This document shows positions 1 through 11,377 of a stretch of 64,000 nucleotides of DNA, in pieces. Both the position numbers and the translations under genes were made by a program. The stretch lies in contig NW_021834240.1 in assembly GCF_006345805.1 (NCBI RefSeq), positions 1-64,000 of the forward strand. Reading direction: 5' to 3'. Source of the DNA: Octopus sinensis (taxonomy: Eukaryota). Numbering within the stretch: position 1 is the stretch's first letter; each line of letters begins with the position of its first letter. A model generated the notes under the pieces. It saw only the letters and a program-made list of their open reading frames with translations, was not told the DNA's origin and made no database searches.

Positions 1-401
1 TCGGCAGCTAGGTGGGTGGATGGGTGGAAAGTACAAGATGTTCCCCCCCCACCCCGCATTTTACTCCTATCCGTACCCCCACCCTCACCATCCCCCAATC
101 TCTGCCCCCATCCCCCAACCCCACTCCACTCAGCCTTACACTAATGCAACTCCCTAAAACACCGGTAAAATGTCTTGGAACCAAACACCATGTTAACAGG
201 GTGGATGGATGAGGGTGGATGTGCGGGAGTCTACATACATATGTACCACAGTGCATATAGGTGAGTGCATATATACAGATACATATGTTAATAATTTCAT
301 TAGGGCCTTACAAAACTAATAATCTGGTGTAGAAACTCATGTATGTATGTATGTGTGTGTGTGGTGTGTGTGTGTATATATATATATATATACGCAGGAG
401 A

Positions 402-792
402 GGCGTAGGAGTGGCTGTATGGTAAGTAGCTTGCTTACCAACCACATGGTTCCGGGTTCAGTCCCACTATGTGGCACCTTGGGCAAGTGTCTTCTGCTAT
501 AGCCCCGGGCCGACCAATGCCTTGTGAATCGATTTGGTAGACGGAAACTGAAAGAAGCCCGTCGTATATATATGTGTATATGTTTGTGTGTCTGTGTTTG
601 TCCCCCTAGCATTGCTTGACAACCGATGCTGGTGTGTTTATGTCCCCATAACTTAGCGGTTCGGCAAAGGAGACCGATAGAATAAGTACTAGGCTTACAA
701 AGAATAAGTCCTGGGGTCGATTTCCTCGACTAAAGGCGGTGCTCCAGCATGGCCACAGTCAAATGACTGAAACAAGGAAATGAGTAAATGAG
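402..792 (+). mobile_element. SINE family A (tRNA-like head, internal microsatellite, ...GAAACAAGTAAAAGAG tail)
   Basis: Head GGCGTAGGAGTGGCTGT.TGG (A box) and GGTTCAGTCCC (B box); more than 25 copies or fragments in the window. Confidence 0.9.
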
Positions 793-865
793 TATATATG
801 TATGTATGTATATGTGTGTGTGTGTGTGTGTGAGTGTGAGAGTATATATATATATACGCAGGAGA

Positions 866-1107
866 GGCGTAGGAGTGGCTGTGTGGTAAGTAGCTTGCTT
901 ACTAACCACACTGTTCCGGGTTCAGTCCCACTGTGTGGCACCTTGGGCAAGTGTCTTCTGCTATAGCCCTGGGCCGACCAAAGCCTTGTGAGTGGATTTG
1001 GTAGACGGAAACTGAAAGAAGCCTGCCGTATATATGTATATATATGTGTGTGTGCATGTGTGTGTTACCCCCACCATCGCTTGACAACCGATGTGGGTGT
1101 GTTTACT
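866..1107 (+). mobile_element. SINE A, 3'-truncated
   Basis: Family head and core. Confidence 0.85.
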
Positions 1108-1233
1108 TAGCAGTAACACACACACACACACACCCCCCAACCTGGGATTTGAACTCACTACTGCATGACTGTGAGCCTGATGCCCTAACCACTCAGCCAT
1201 GTGATTTCCCCTCATAGGATCTGGAGAGCTTAC

Positions 1234-1455
1234 TGAACCCTTTAGAATTCAGACTCTTCTCTTAAATGGAATCCTTATTTATTCGCAGTTTACAATTAAT
1301 CGTGCATCATCTCACAGCTCTGAGATTTCAATGATGTGATTGCTTACTTTTAGAAGAACATTGTAGGGTAGGTGTGAGAAGCTAGATCTGGCTGGTTTGC
1401 ACTTAAAACAGATACAATATTTCGGCTGGATATGGTCGGTTTGAATGCTATGGAA
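1234..1455. mobile_element. Decayed MITE of a different family with AACCCTTTAG-type ends
   Basis: Left end GAACCCTTTAGAATTCAGA; degenerate inverted right end TTTGAATGCTA. Confidence 0.45.
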
Positions 1456-1474
1456 TGAAGGACACATTCTTCAT

Positions 1475-1957
1475 TTAACCTTTTTGATACCAACCCAGTT
1501 GGAACCACTTCTGGTTCTGTAGTACAAATGTCTTGTTTTCAAAAGTCCTGAATTAAAATCTTCCACCAAACCTTAGTCACAATTTATGTTCCTAACACTA
1601 GCTTAATGATAACTAAGTTATTTGACTAAATTCTTTGTTATATTTAAAGTAATTGAAAGAAACACAGAGCATCTCAACAGAAATATGGCAACGAAAGGGT
1701 TAAAATATATAATAGAGAAACAATTCTTAACCCTTTTGATACCAAACCGGCTGAAACCACCTCTGGCTCTGTAGTACAAATGTTTTGTTTTCATAAGTTT
1801 TCAATTAAAATCTTCCACCAAACCTTAGTCACAATTTTTGTCTTCCTAACACTAGCTAATGATAACTAAGTTATTTTACTAAATTCTTTGTTATATTTAA
1901 AATTAATTGAAAGAAACACAGAGCATCTCAAAATAAATACAGTAACGAAAGGGTTAA
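1475..1957. mobile_element. Dimer of a ~229-bp TTAA-flanked piggyBac-like MITE
   Basis: Units 1475-1703 and 1727-1957, each TTAACCCTTTT...AAAGGGTTAA, with a 23-bp spacer. Confidence 0.85.
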
Positions 1958-3146
1958 AATCATTGCATTCTCACATTAAAGATTGAAATGACAGTAAAGA
2001 TCTAACGAATGATTTATTTAAACAATCCTCTGAGGAAGTGCAATTTACACCTTCGATGGATGATAATGCTTACACAACATCTCACCAGTGTACTAAAGGT
2101 GTAGAAAAGCGTCGAAACAATTGTAGTGACTTTAAATAACGGACATCTTCGATTCTGCTTTCTATCACTCATCTCGATACACATCTATGGATCCGTCTAC
2201 AATTCACTTTCTCTGTGTCTGTGTGTCCACCAATATTTGTTTCTTCGTATGATTTTCTATAAGGACAAACATCAAACTGTTGGATCGTTTGATATTTTTT
2301 TAGTAGAGTAATATATTGTTTCAAGTTTACAAGGGAGTGGTTGACAGTGACTTCAAAGTTGTAGTTACACAGCCTTCAACGGTCACTTCAAAGTCACTAT
2401 CAACTTTTTCTTAGTAATAAAACATCTGCCTACCTAAATAATTACACACGTACTTATAGATAATACATAAACACACACACACATATATATGGATATACAT
2501 ATACACACATCTCTATCTGTCTTACTTTCTCTCTAACCATGCTTGTGTGTGTGTACACACACGTATATATGCATACACACAGATATATACAAAGAGAATT
2601 ACATGTAGATATTTATGAAAATGCATATACACACACAACAATCTACATACACACATGTACATACATATGTGTGTGTATATATATATGTATATAGAAATAC
2701 AAATAGATATTTATGTACACACGCACATATATAAATACAAACCTATATACATACATGCACACATGTGCAAATGCATATAAAATACACACATACACACACA
2801 TATAGCTATATATATATATATAATCTATATATATATACATATCTATATATATATATATATATATACATCTATATATATATATATATACATATATGGAAAA
2901 CGGACGCTAAACGATGATGATGATATATTTACATATATACATCTATATATATACATATATATATATACAGCTATATATATATACATATATATACATACCT
3001 ATATATATACACACACATCTATATATATACATTTAAATGTGTGAGTGTGTGCGTATATGCAAAAAAAAAGGTGTATAATACACAATAAAAAAATATACAT
3101 TCATTTTGTGTAGATCATTCTAGAAAACGAATGGCGATGCACTCAC

Positions 3147-3173
3147 AACAGATTTGATGTGCAAATGTTTAAC
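3147..3173 (-). CDS. Weak candidate 27-nt microexon (alternative acceptor gives 58 nt, 3147-3204)
   Basis: Acceptor CACTTCAG|G and strong donor GTT|GTGAGT; next to a dense TGCA cluster. Confidence 0.22.
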
Positions 3174-3867
3174 CTGAAGTGGTGCTGTTTAATTTGAATG
3201 CTTCCTATTTGGAAAGTGCAGTATATCAATGCACGTTTGCAATTTCTGATGCACACAAAGCTTTAAAATGCACCAACTGTTTGCATTGAGCGTGCACATC
3301 ATGTTTGCGCATGTGATGCACAAGCTCGCAAAGTGCTGCAATATTTATTTGCGCAGAGCACACAAACAGTCGAGAAATGCAAAATTGATGCATGTTTATA
3401 GTTTTGATGCACGGCGCTTTGAAATGCACCAAAGCTATTTGCAACAGATGCACATCATATCACTGAGAAATGCATCTTAAATGCATGTTCCATTTTATTG
3501 TTTGAATCTAAAACACTACAGATGCATCTATTTGCATTAAGTGCACATGCATTAAAGAGAAATGCAGTATAACTGCATTGTGCAGCTTTGTTAGGTGGTT
3601 AAGAAGCTCTCTTGGCAAACCCAGGGTTCCAGGATCAGCCCCACTGCAGGGCGAAGACCATTGACCAGTGTCCTCAGAGCAGATTTGATAGACAGAAACT
3701 GTGTGGACAAACCATTGCCTGTGTGGGTGTCTGTATTTGGCCCCCTGACACGTGACAAGCCCTGGGAAGACACTTGCCCAATGTGCCATGCAGGAGGATT
3801 GAACCCGGCACCATGTGGTAGGGAGAGCAAATTTCTTACCATACAGCCACGCCTGTGTATATATATT

Positions 3868-4440
3868 CTCTATTTCTTTTATTTGTTTCAATCATTTGAC
3901 TGCAGCCATGCTGGAGCACCGCCTTTAGCCAAACAAATTGACCCCAGGACTTATTCCTTTGTATGCCTAGTATTTATTCTATCGGTCTCCTTTGCTGAAC
4001 TGTTATGTTACGAGGATGTAAACACACCAACATCGGTTGTCAAGCGATGGTGGGGGGACAAACATAGATACACACACACACACATATATATATACCTATT
4101 TCTTTACTACCTACAAGGGGCTAAACATAGAGGGGACAAACAAGGACAGACAAATGGATTAAATCGATTATATCAACTCCAGTGTGAAACTAGTACTTTA
4201 TTTATCGACCCCGAGATCATGAAAGGCAAAGTCAACCTCGGCGGAATTTGAAATCAGAACGTAACGACAGACGAAATACCACTAAGCATTTCGCCCGGCG
4301 TGCTAACGTTTCTGCCAGCTCGCCGGGATTCCTTTAGTTTCTGTCTACCAAATCCACTCAAAAGGCTTTGGTCAGCCCAGGGCTATAGTAGAAAACACTT
4401 GCCCAAGGTGTCATGTAGTGGGACTGAACCTGGAACCATA
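3868..4440 (-). mobile_element. SINE A split by a SINE B insertion
   Basis: Tail 3868-4080, head part 4330-4440. Confidence 0.8.
4094..4324 (-). mobile_element. SINE family B (tRNA-like head, Nin-domain-like core)
   Basis: Head GGCGAGCTGGCAGAAACGTTAGC, core GAGGT.GACTTTGCCTTTCAT, tail AAAGAAATAGGT. Confidence 0.85.
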
Positions 4441-4679
4441 TAATAAATTTTTAAAATGCATTAAATACATAGGACAGACACTGAAGGACCGTAAGTCCTC
4501 ATCAGTTATTGACCGAAAATACTAATACACAGTTTCATGTCTTTAACAATAAGACTGAGAACTTTGCCTATTGGTGGCACCCACAAAATTTGTGTAGAAT
4601 TAGGGCCCGAGGAAACAAAACGGTAGAATGGACGTACAAAAGTAAACAGATGCAATTTGAAATGATTGACAAAGACAGA

Positions 4680-5228
4680 ATAAATGCGGCCTTTTGGCCA
4701 AACAGACGGGGATGATGGGTGTCGCTTGGAGGAAATGTTGGATGGAGATGGATCTCAAATTGCAGAGGGAATATATGGATGGGGTAGACCCAGGAAGTGG
4801 TGGAAAAGGATCTACAGATATTGGGACACAGAAACGGGATGACAGGGGACCGAGGACCCTGATGTTTTGCTATGCTTGAAATGACATGCCAATCCATGTA
4901 AAAGCACGGTTATTCTTGCATACAAGTTCATCCCCCTACAACCTTCTCCAGTTGAGCATCCCTACACGTGTGGGCCCATGGGTGCTGGTGCAACATTAAA
5001 AAGGACCCGTACTGGTGCCACGCAAATGCACCTGCGCTGGGGCAGCGTAAAAGCACCCAGCACACTCTGTGGAGTGGTTGGCATTAGGAAGGGCATCCAG
5101 CTGTTGAAAGCATCCCAAAACAAACTTGGGGCCTGGGCAGATCTTCAGCTGGTCAGCACCTGTCAAACCGTCCAACCCGTGAAGGGTTTGACAGGAAAAC
5201 AGATGTTAAATGATGATGATGATGATAT
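4680..5228 (+). mobile_element. RTE-like LINE 3' end: ORF remnant, 3' UTR and (GAT)n tail
   Basis: Remnant GRPRKWW; the downstream UTR contains GGCATTAGGAAGGGCATCCAGC and ends in GATGATGAT. Confidence 0.6.
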
Positions 5229-5232
5229 AAAT

Positions 5233-5600
5233 GTATGTATTCTTTTACTTGTGGCCACACTGGAGCACCACTTTGAAAAGTCATTCGGCAAACACATCAA
5301 CCCCAGGACATATTGTTGTCTTAAGACTAGTACTTATCCTATCAGTCTCTTTTGCTGAACCGCTAAGTTACAGAGACGTAAACACACCAACACAGGTTGC
5401 CAAACAGTGATGAGAGGGGGACAAATACACACACACACACACATATATATGATGGGCTTCTTTCAGTTTCCGTCTACCAAATCTACTCACAAGGCTCTGG
5501 TCGGCCCGAGGCTATGGCAGAAGGTACCTGCCCAAGGTGCCACATGGTGGGACTGAAACCAGAACCATGTCGTTGGGAAGCAAGCTACTTACCACACAGC

Positions 5601-5605
<5 letters not shown>
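5233..5605 (-). mobile_element. SINE A, diverged
   Basis: Family core and head on the minus strand. Confidence 0.75.
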
Positions 5606-5637
<32 letters not shown>

Positions 5638-5682
5638 AAATAGAGCAAATGTTATGATGTTTGTTATGAATATTACAAATAC

Positions 5683-5769
5683 TTATCAGGGCAATGTGGT
5701 CTTTTACACTCCCCTCCAAACACACCTCCCCCCTTGCTGGGGTTGTTGTTTTCCTCTGCCAAATTTATT
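5683..5769 (-). CDS. Weak candidate exon (87 nt; alternative acceptor gives 5683-5780)
   Basis: Open frame INLAEENNNPSKGGGVFGGECKRPHCPD; AG acceptors present; weak donor AA|GTATTT. Confidence 0.2.
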
Positions 5770-6289
5770 CTAAAATATTTCTGTTTAATGTACAAAAAAA
5801 AAAAAACCAATTACTTCTTCCCAAAATTGCAACAAAGGTATGCTGACCTCGAGTGCACGCGTCTTCGAAATGCCATGCAGATGCCAGCGTCTGATGCACG
5901 CGCGCATCTCTAAAAGCCATCTTGCAAATGCCACACCGACCGACATGCATATTTTATCATCTGGCTCGGCTGCATGGCGGCGTCACTAGCATTGAGAAGC
6001 TGCACATGTGTGCAGCGACGGAAGGGGGAGGGAAGGGAGGGGTGGTGCATATGGGTGTTGCTAACTGCTGCATCAGGAAGTTTGCTTAAGAGTTTGTAGT
6101 AGTGAAGGTGTGCGGAGCGTAGTGTCTGGTGTGGTGTGTGTGTATGGGGGGGGGGTTGGTTAATGAGAGACAGCTGTGGAACGGGGGGGTGGGAGAGGGG
6201 GGTAAAAGTACGAGAAAGGTGGAGTTAGACAGACAGACAGACGGTGTGGGAGAGAGGGAGAGACAAGAGAATAGAGTGAAATATAGATA

Positions 6290-6327
<38 letters not shown>

Positions 6328-6740
6328 TACAATAAGATACAGAGAGAGAGGGGGGTAATAGAGAGAAGGAGGGAGGAAGAGAGACAGATATATAGAAAAG
6401 TAGAGTAAAAGAGGTGTATATGTACGTATGTGTGTGTGTATATATGTATGTGTGTATATGTGTGAGTGTATAGGTGTGGTAAGAGAGATGGGGGAGGAGT
6501 AGAATGAGAGAAAGAGAGAGAGACAAGCACACATACACACACACACACATACAAATGAAGATACAGTAAGATAGAGAAAGGGACAGGAAACGAGGAGATA
6601 TTCTCCCTTCATCTATGTTGTCATCTTATTGGTATTAATTCCATTCTCATTTTCCATATTTTTTTTCCTGCAATTTGTCTCTGATGACAGAATATCCCAT
6701 ACTTGGTATGAATTGAAGGATCCTTTTAAGACTGCTGAAA

Positions 6741-7044
6741 TCTTTAGATATAAAACTGAAGTTGTGTGTGTGTCTGTCTACTCTGATTTAGATTCCTAAC
6801 TACTCCCACATTTTGCGGTGCAGTTTAACCAAAAGCGGGTATCTTATAGTCGTGATTCATATCGAGCCCTTCTGGGTATTAGCGCACGTCTACGATGAGT
6901 CTACGATTTAAAAAAAAATTTACCATCATTTTCCGTATTTTTGATGCATTTTTGTCTCGGTTTATATAAGGGAAGTAACTCTCTAAAAATGCTTATACAG
7001 TTATTTCCCTTACAAACCCGAGCAACGCTGGGCGATACTACTAG
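6741..7044 (+). mobile_element. Non-autonomous mini-Helitron, family H1
   Basis: Starts TC after A6740 and ends CTAG (7041-44) before T7045. Hairpin CCCGAGCAACGCTGGG (7017-7032) lies 8 nt before CTAG. No TSD; the flanks rejoin into an in-frame Tc1 sequence. Confidence 0.85.
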
Positions 7045-7438
7045 TTTCTAAAAAAATAAAAGTAAATAATGGTTTGGAAGTGAGCCACTTAAGAGTGTCT
7101 CGTTGTCTGAAGGAATTTGGATTAAAGACTTGTTCCCTGGCAATGAAACCGGCCATTAGCAAGAAGAACAAATTGGAAAGGCTTTCGTTTGCAGAAGCCC
7201 ATGTGAAACTGGAGGGATGAAAATTGGTCATAAGTTCATTTTAGCAATTAAAGCAAATTCAGTTTAGTAGGTTCAGATGGTAGAGACTATGTTAGGCGCT
7301 TCACAGGAGATTGGCTAAAATCCAAGTGGCTGAAGAAATCTGCCAAGTTTAGAGGAGGAAGCATCATGGTGTGGGGAATGATTTCTTCTGAAGGAGTTGG
7401 CCCTCTAGTGCAGATTAAAGGGACCATTAATGCTAATA

Positions 7439-7781
7439 TATGTGAAGGCGCATGGCTCAGTGGTTAGAGCGTCGAGCTTATGATCGTGAGGTTGTGTGCT
7501 CGAATCCCAAACCGGGCTGCATGTTGTGTTCTTGAGCAAGACACTTTATTTCACATTGCTCCAGTTCACTCAGCTGTAGCAATGAGTTGCAATGTCACAG
7601 GTGCCAAGCTGTATCGGCCCCTTTGCCTTTCCCTTGGATAACACTGGTGGCGTGGAAATGGGAGGGCGGTATGCATGGGTGACTGCTGGTCTTCCATAAA
7701 CAACCTTCCCCAGAATTGTGCCTTGGAGGGGAACTTTCTAGGTGCAATCCCATGGTCTGTGTCGTGACCGAAGGGGGTCTC
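7439..7781 (+). mobile_element. SINE family C with a 10-bp TSD
   Basis: tRNA-like head GGCGCATGGCTCAGTGGTTAGAGC; TSD AATGCTAATA at 7429-7438 and 7782-7791. Confidence 0.9.
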
Positions 7782-8181
7782 AATGCTAATAACTATTTGG
7801 ATTTGGTTAAACAGCAATGTGATGCCATCCTTACGAGCATTTCCAAATCAACCATGCATTTCCATGCAAGAAAACGCCCCTTGTCATTCTGCAAAGAGTG
7901 TCACTGGATTCTTTAGAGAAGAAAATATCCAAGCAATGAAGTGGCCGGCACAAAGTCCAGACTTAAATCCGATTGAAAACCTTTGGAAGATACTTGGAGA
8001 CAAAGTAACACAAAGGGCACGAAACGCTTCAATGATTTTATGGGAAACATTAGAAGAGGAATGGAAGAAAGTAACACCTGACTTGTGCAGGAAACTTGTT
8101 ATGTCCTGTGGCAATCAATGGGCAGAGGTGGTCACCGACAAAGGTCTCCAAACATCATACTAAGTGTATTAGGTTCATATT

Positions 8182-8540
8182 TACATCATCATTTAGCGTC
8201 CGTTCTCCATGCTAGCATGGGTTGGACGGTTCAACCGGGGTCTGGGAAGCCAGGGGCTGCACCAGGCTCCAGTCTGATCTGGCAGTGTTTCTACGGCTGG
8301 ATGCCCTTCCTAACGCCAACCACTCCGTGAGTGTAGTGGGTGCTTTTTACGTGCCACCGGCACAGGTGCCAGACAAGGCTGGCAAACGGCCACGAACGGA
8401 TGGTGCTTTTTACATGCCACCGGCACAGGTGCCAGGGGAGGCTGGCAGTGGCCATGATCGGTTGGTGCTTTTTACGTGCCACCGGCACAGAAGCCAGTCA
8501 GGGCGGCGCTGGCATCGGCCACATTCAGATGGTGCTTTCA
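8182..8540 (-). mobile_element. Family D retroposon ((GAT)n tail, internal ~55-bp GGTGCTTTTTACGTGCCACCGGCAC subrepeats)
   Basis: Recurs at 14492, 27300, 39700, 53880, 54985, 55953, 56640 and 58306. Confidence 0.8.
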
Positions 8541-9029
8541 TATATACACACACAAACACAGACAGAGAAAGCTTGATGTATATATATATTTCAGATGGAG
8601 AACATAGCAAATTGTCAAATGTGGAACTTTCCAGAACTAAAGACAATCATTAATGCCAATTTAAGACAGGAAAATGGAGCACCAGGGAGCACAGGGGCCA
8701 AGGAGGGGGTGACAAATAGTCTGTGGAACACGTGTGATTTTTCTGGAGATGAAATAGAACCGTTAAATATTTATAGAAGCTAATTTCAGCAATGAACAGC
8801 CACGACTGCTTTGATGTTTAATCGGTAAGTTATGTGGTTTCGCAAGGAAGCAGTCAATATATGGTTCGAAACCGCCAGAGGTCGAGCGGTGGAGTTTAAT
8901 CGCAAATTAGTATTTATAATGTTTAATGTGTTTTAATATCAGCTATATTAAAAACTCAGCCGTCATCGACAACTTGGGTAGAAATTTTGGCGTGTATGTG
9001 TGTGAAGTTGTCTTTGTGTGTAGACATAT

Positions 9030-9033
9030 ATAC

Positions 9034-9077
<44 letters not shown>

Positions 9078-9197
9078 CACACACATATAGATATACATAT
9101 ATATATTTACATATATAAACACGCACACACATATATGTATATATATACATATATACACACATATATAAACATATATATAAACATATATATATATAAC

Positions 9198-9240
<43 letters not shown>

Positions 9241-9913
9241 TATAAACATATATACATATATATATATAAACATATATACATATATATATATAAACATATA
9301 TACATATATATATATACACATATATACATATATATATATACACATATATATAAACATATATACACATATAGATATACATATATATACACATATACATATA
9401 TATATATACAAACACATATATATATATATACAAACACATATATACAAACATATATATATATACACACGCACACTAACACACACACATATACATACATACT
9501 CCTAACACACACGCACACTCACAGAAGTGTATGTGTGTGTGTGTGTGTAGTTATAAAACATTCCCATTTATGTCTATGTAGACAGACACAAAGCTGCAAC
9601 GAACCATGTATATTAATATACCCCACAGGTATATACACACATAGGTGTGAGTGTGTATACATGCACACACCCTCTCTCCCTCACACACACATTTATACGC
9701 AAGCATAGGAGTGGATGTTTGATGATGATGATGATGATGTATCATCACCTGACAGATACATATTTACACACACACACACATATATTTACACACACAACAC
9801 ATATATTTACACACACCACATATATATATTTACACACACACACACACACACATATATATTTACACACACACACATATATATATTTACACACACACACATA
9901 TATATATTTACAT

Positions 9914-9947
<34 letters not shown>

Positions 9948-9960
9948 TTATACACACATA
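9030..9960. repeat. Compound (TA)n/(CA)n/(TATACA)n microsatellite block
   Basis: Low-complexity dinucleotide mosaics. Similar blocks at 2820-3030, 22350-23900, 31270-31490, 33330-33780, 34700-35130, 48400-48990 and 59400-59950. Confidence 0.95.
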
Positions 9961-10299
9961 CACACAAAACTGCCAAGGTGTTTAAATGAATATATGTCCA
10001 TGTGTGTTAGGATATATATATATGTGCGTGTATGTGCATGTGCCTGTGTGTGTGTGTGTGTGTGTGGTTTTTGCACTCATGACCCCCACCCACCACCACC
10101 ACCGCCTTTGCAAGTATAAAACAATTAATAAACAATCACCATAGCAACTGTAGTTTTGGAATTTAAATGCTGGCACACTGCTCCTCCGTTCCTCCTCTTT
10201 TGTAGAAACTAATAAATTTGAGTTCTTTCTGTGTCGTGTCTGTGCGTCTGTGTGCGTGCGTGCATGTGTGGTGCAGTGTTGCCTCTCTTTTCTTTTTCT

Positions 10300-10476
10300 C
10301 TCTTTTTACTTGTTTCAGTCATTTGACTGTGGCCATGCTGGAGCACCGCCTTTAGTCGAGCAAGTCGACCCCGGGACTTATTCTTTTGTAAGCCCAGTAC
10401 TTATTCTATCGGTCTCTTTTTTGTCGAACCGCTAAGTGACGGGGACGTAAACACACCAACATCGGTTGTCAAGCGA
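10300..10476 (-). mobile_element. SINE A, 3' half
   Basis: Tail motif only. Confidence 0.8.
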
Positions 10477-10773
10477 TGTGACTATGTGTGTGTGTATATA
10501 TGTGTATGTATGTTGAGTGTGCATGTATGCATATGTTTGTATGTATGTATGTGTGTCTGTAAGTATATTGCGTATGTACGTATGCGCAGCAGTGCAAATG
10601 TCTGCACATGTGTATGTATATAAATATATGTGAACCAGTATAAATGTCGCCGTATGTGTGTATGTACAATGAGCATATGTATGCGTGTGTTTTCAGCAAG
10701 AATGTGTGTGTGTCGTGTGTGTGTGTGTGTGCACCCATGTCCCCAGGTGTGTGGTGTTTTGTACCTGTCTTAC

Positions 10774-10870
10774 CTCCCTGTGCTCCAGTTTAGAAATGGG
10801 GGTGAACACTCAAATGAGAATCTCTGAAAGAGCCATGCTCGCCCACCCCACCTCTGCTGTCTGGAATTTC
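10774..10870 (-). CDS. Candidate 97-nt internal exon of an unidentified minus-strand gene
   Basis: Unique sequence between repeats with acceptor TTTGACAG|G and donor GAG|GTAAGA. One open frame: NSRQQRWGGRAWLFQRFSFECSPPFLNWSTG. Protein not recognised. Confidence 0.35.
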
Positions 10871-10902
10871 CTGTCAAATTAATATTCTATAAATATATAC
10901 TC

Positions 10903-11309
10903 TTTTACTCTTTTACTTGTTTCAGTCATTTGACTGTGGCCATGCTGGAGCACCGCCTTTAGTCGAGCAAATCGACCCCGGGACTTATTCTTTTGTAAGC
11001 CCAGTACTTATTCTATCGGTCTCTTTTTTGCCGAACCGCTAAGTTACGGGGACATAAACACACCAGCATCGGTTGTCAAGCAATGCTAGAGGGACAAACA
11101 CAGACACACAAACACACACGCATATATATATATATATACATATATACGACAAGCTTCTTTCAGTTTCCGTCTACCAAATCCACTCACAAGGCATTGGTCG
11201 GCCCGGGGCTATAGCAGAAGACACTTGCCCAAGATGCCACGCAGTGGGACTGAACCCGGAACCATGTGGTTGGTTAGGAAGCTACTTACCACACAGCCAC
11301 TCCTGCGCC
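10903..11309 (-). mobile_element. SINE A, full length
   Basis: Head, core and tail. Confidence 0.9.
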
Positions 11310-11377
11310 TATATATATATATATATATATATATGTAGTTATGTGTACATACACGTGTATATAAAACCATTATTATT

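Larger units (their letters stand above)
6683..8163 (+). pseudogene. Decayed Tc1-family (DD34E-type) transposase, interrupted by a mini-Helitron (6741-7044) and a SINE (7439-7781)
   Basis: With the inserts removed the frame reads KDPFKTAE|ISKKIKVNNGLEVSHLRVSRCLKEFGL...GGSIMVWGMISSEGVGPLVQIKGTINAN|...MQENAPCHSAKSV...WPAQSPDLNPIENLWKILG, with frameshifts and stops. TIRs not found. Confidence 0.9.

Noticed and set aside
402-470. tRNA gene candidates
   Set aside because: The A/B-box heads run directly into SINE bodies and do not form complete cloverleaves.
337-612. Recurrent ORFs with RRASFSFRLPN, AIAEDTCPRCHAVGLNPEPCGW or FQSFDCGHAGAPP
   Set aside because: Translations of SINE A on either strand, not a gene family.
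2340-2404. 14-bp inverted repeat GTTGACAGTGACTT/AAGTCACTATCAAC
   Set aside because: Single short occurrence with no TSD; not enough to call a MITE or structured RNA.
8780-8905. GAAACC-GCCAGA-GGTC half hammerhead with an upstream stem
   Set aside because: No recognisable CUGANGA-type strand or stem I partner; at most a decayed relic.
8943-9518. Long ORFs rich in Y/I/H/T/C/V/M (also 23298-23900, 33309-33980, 48254-49044, 59147-59990)
   Set aside because: Translations of (TA)n/(CA)n/(TATACA)n microsatellites, which lack stop codons in several frames.
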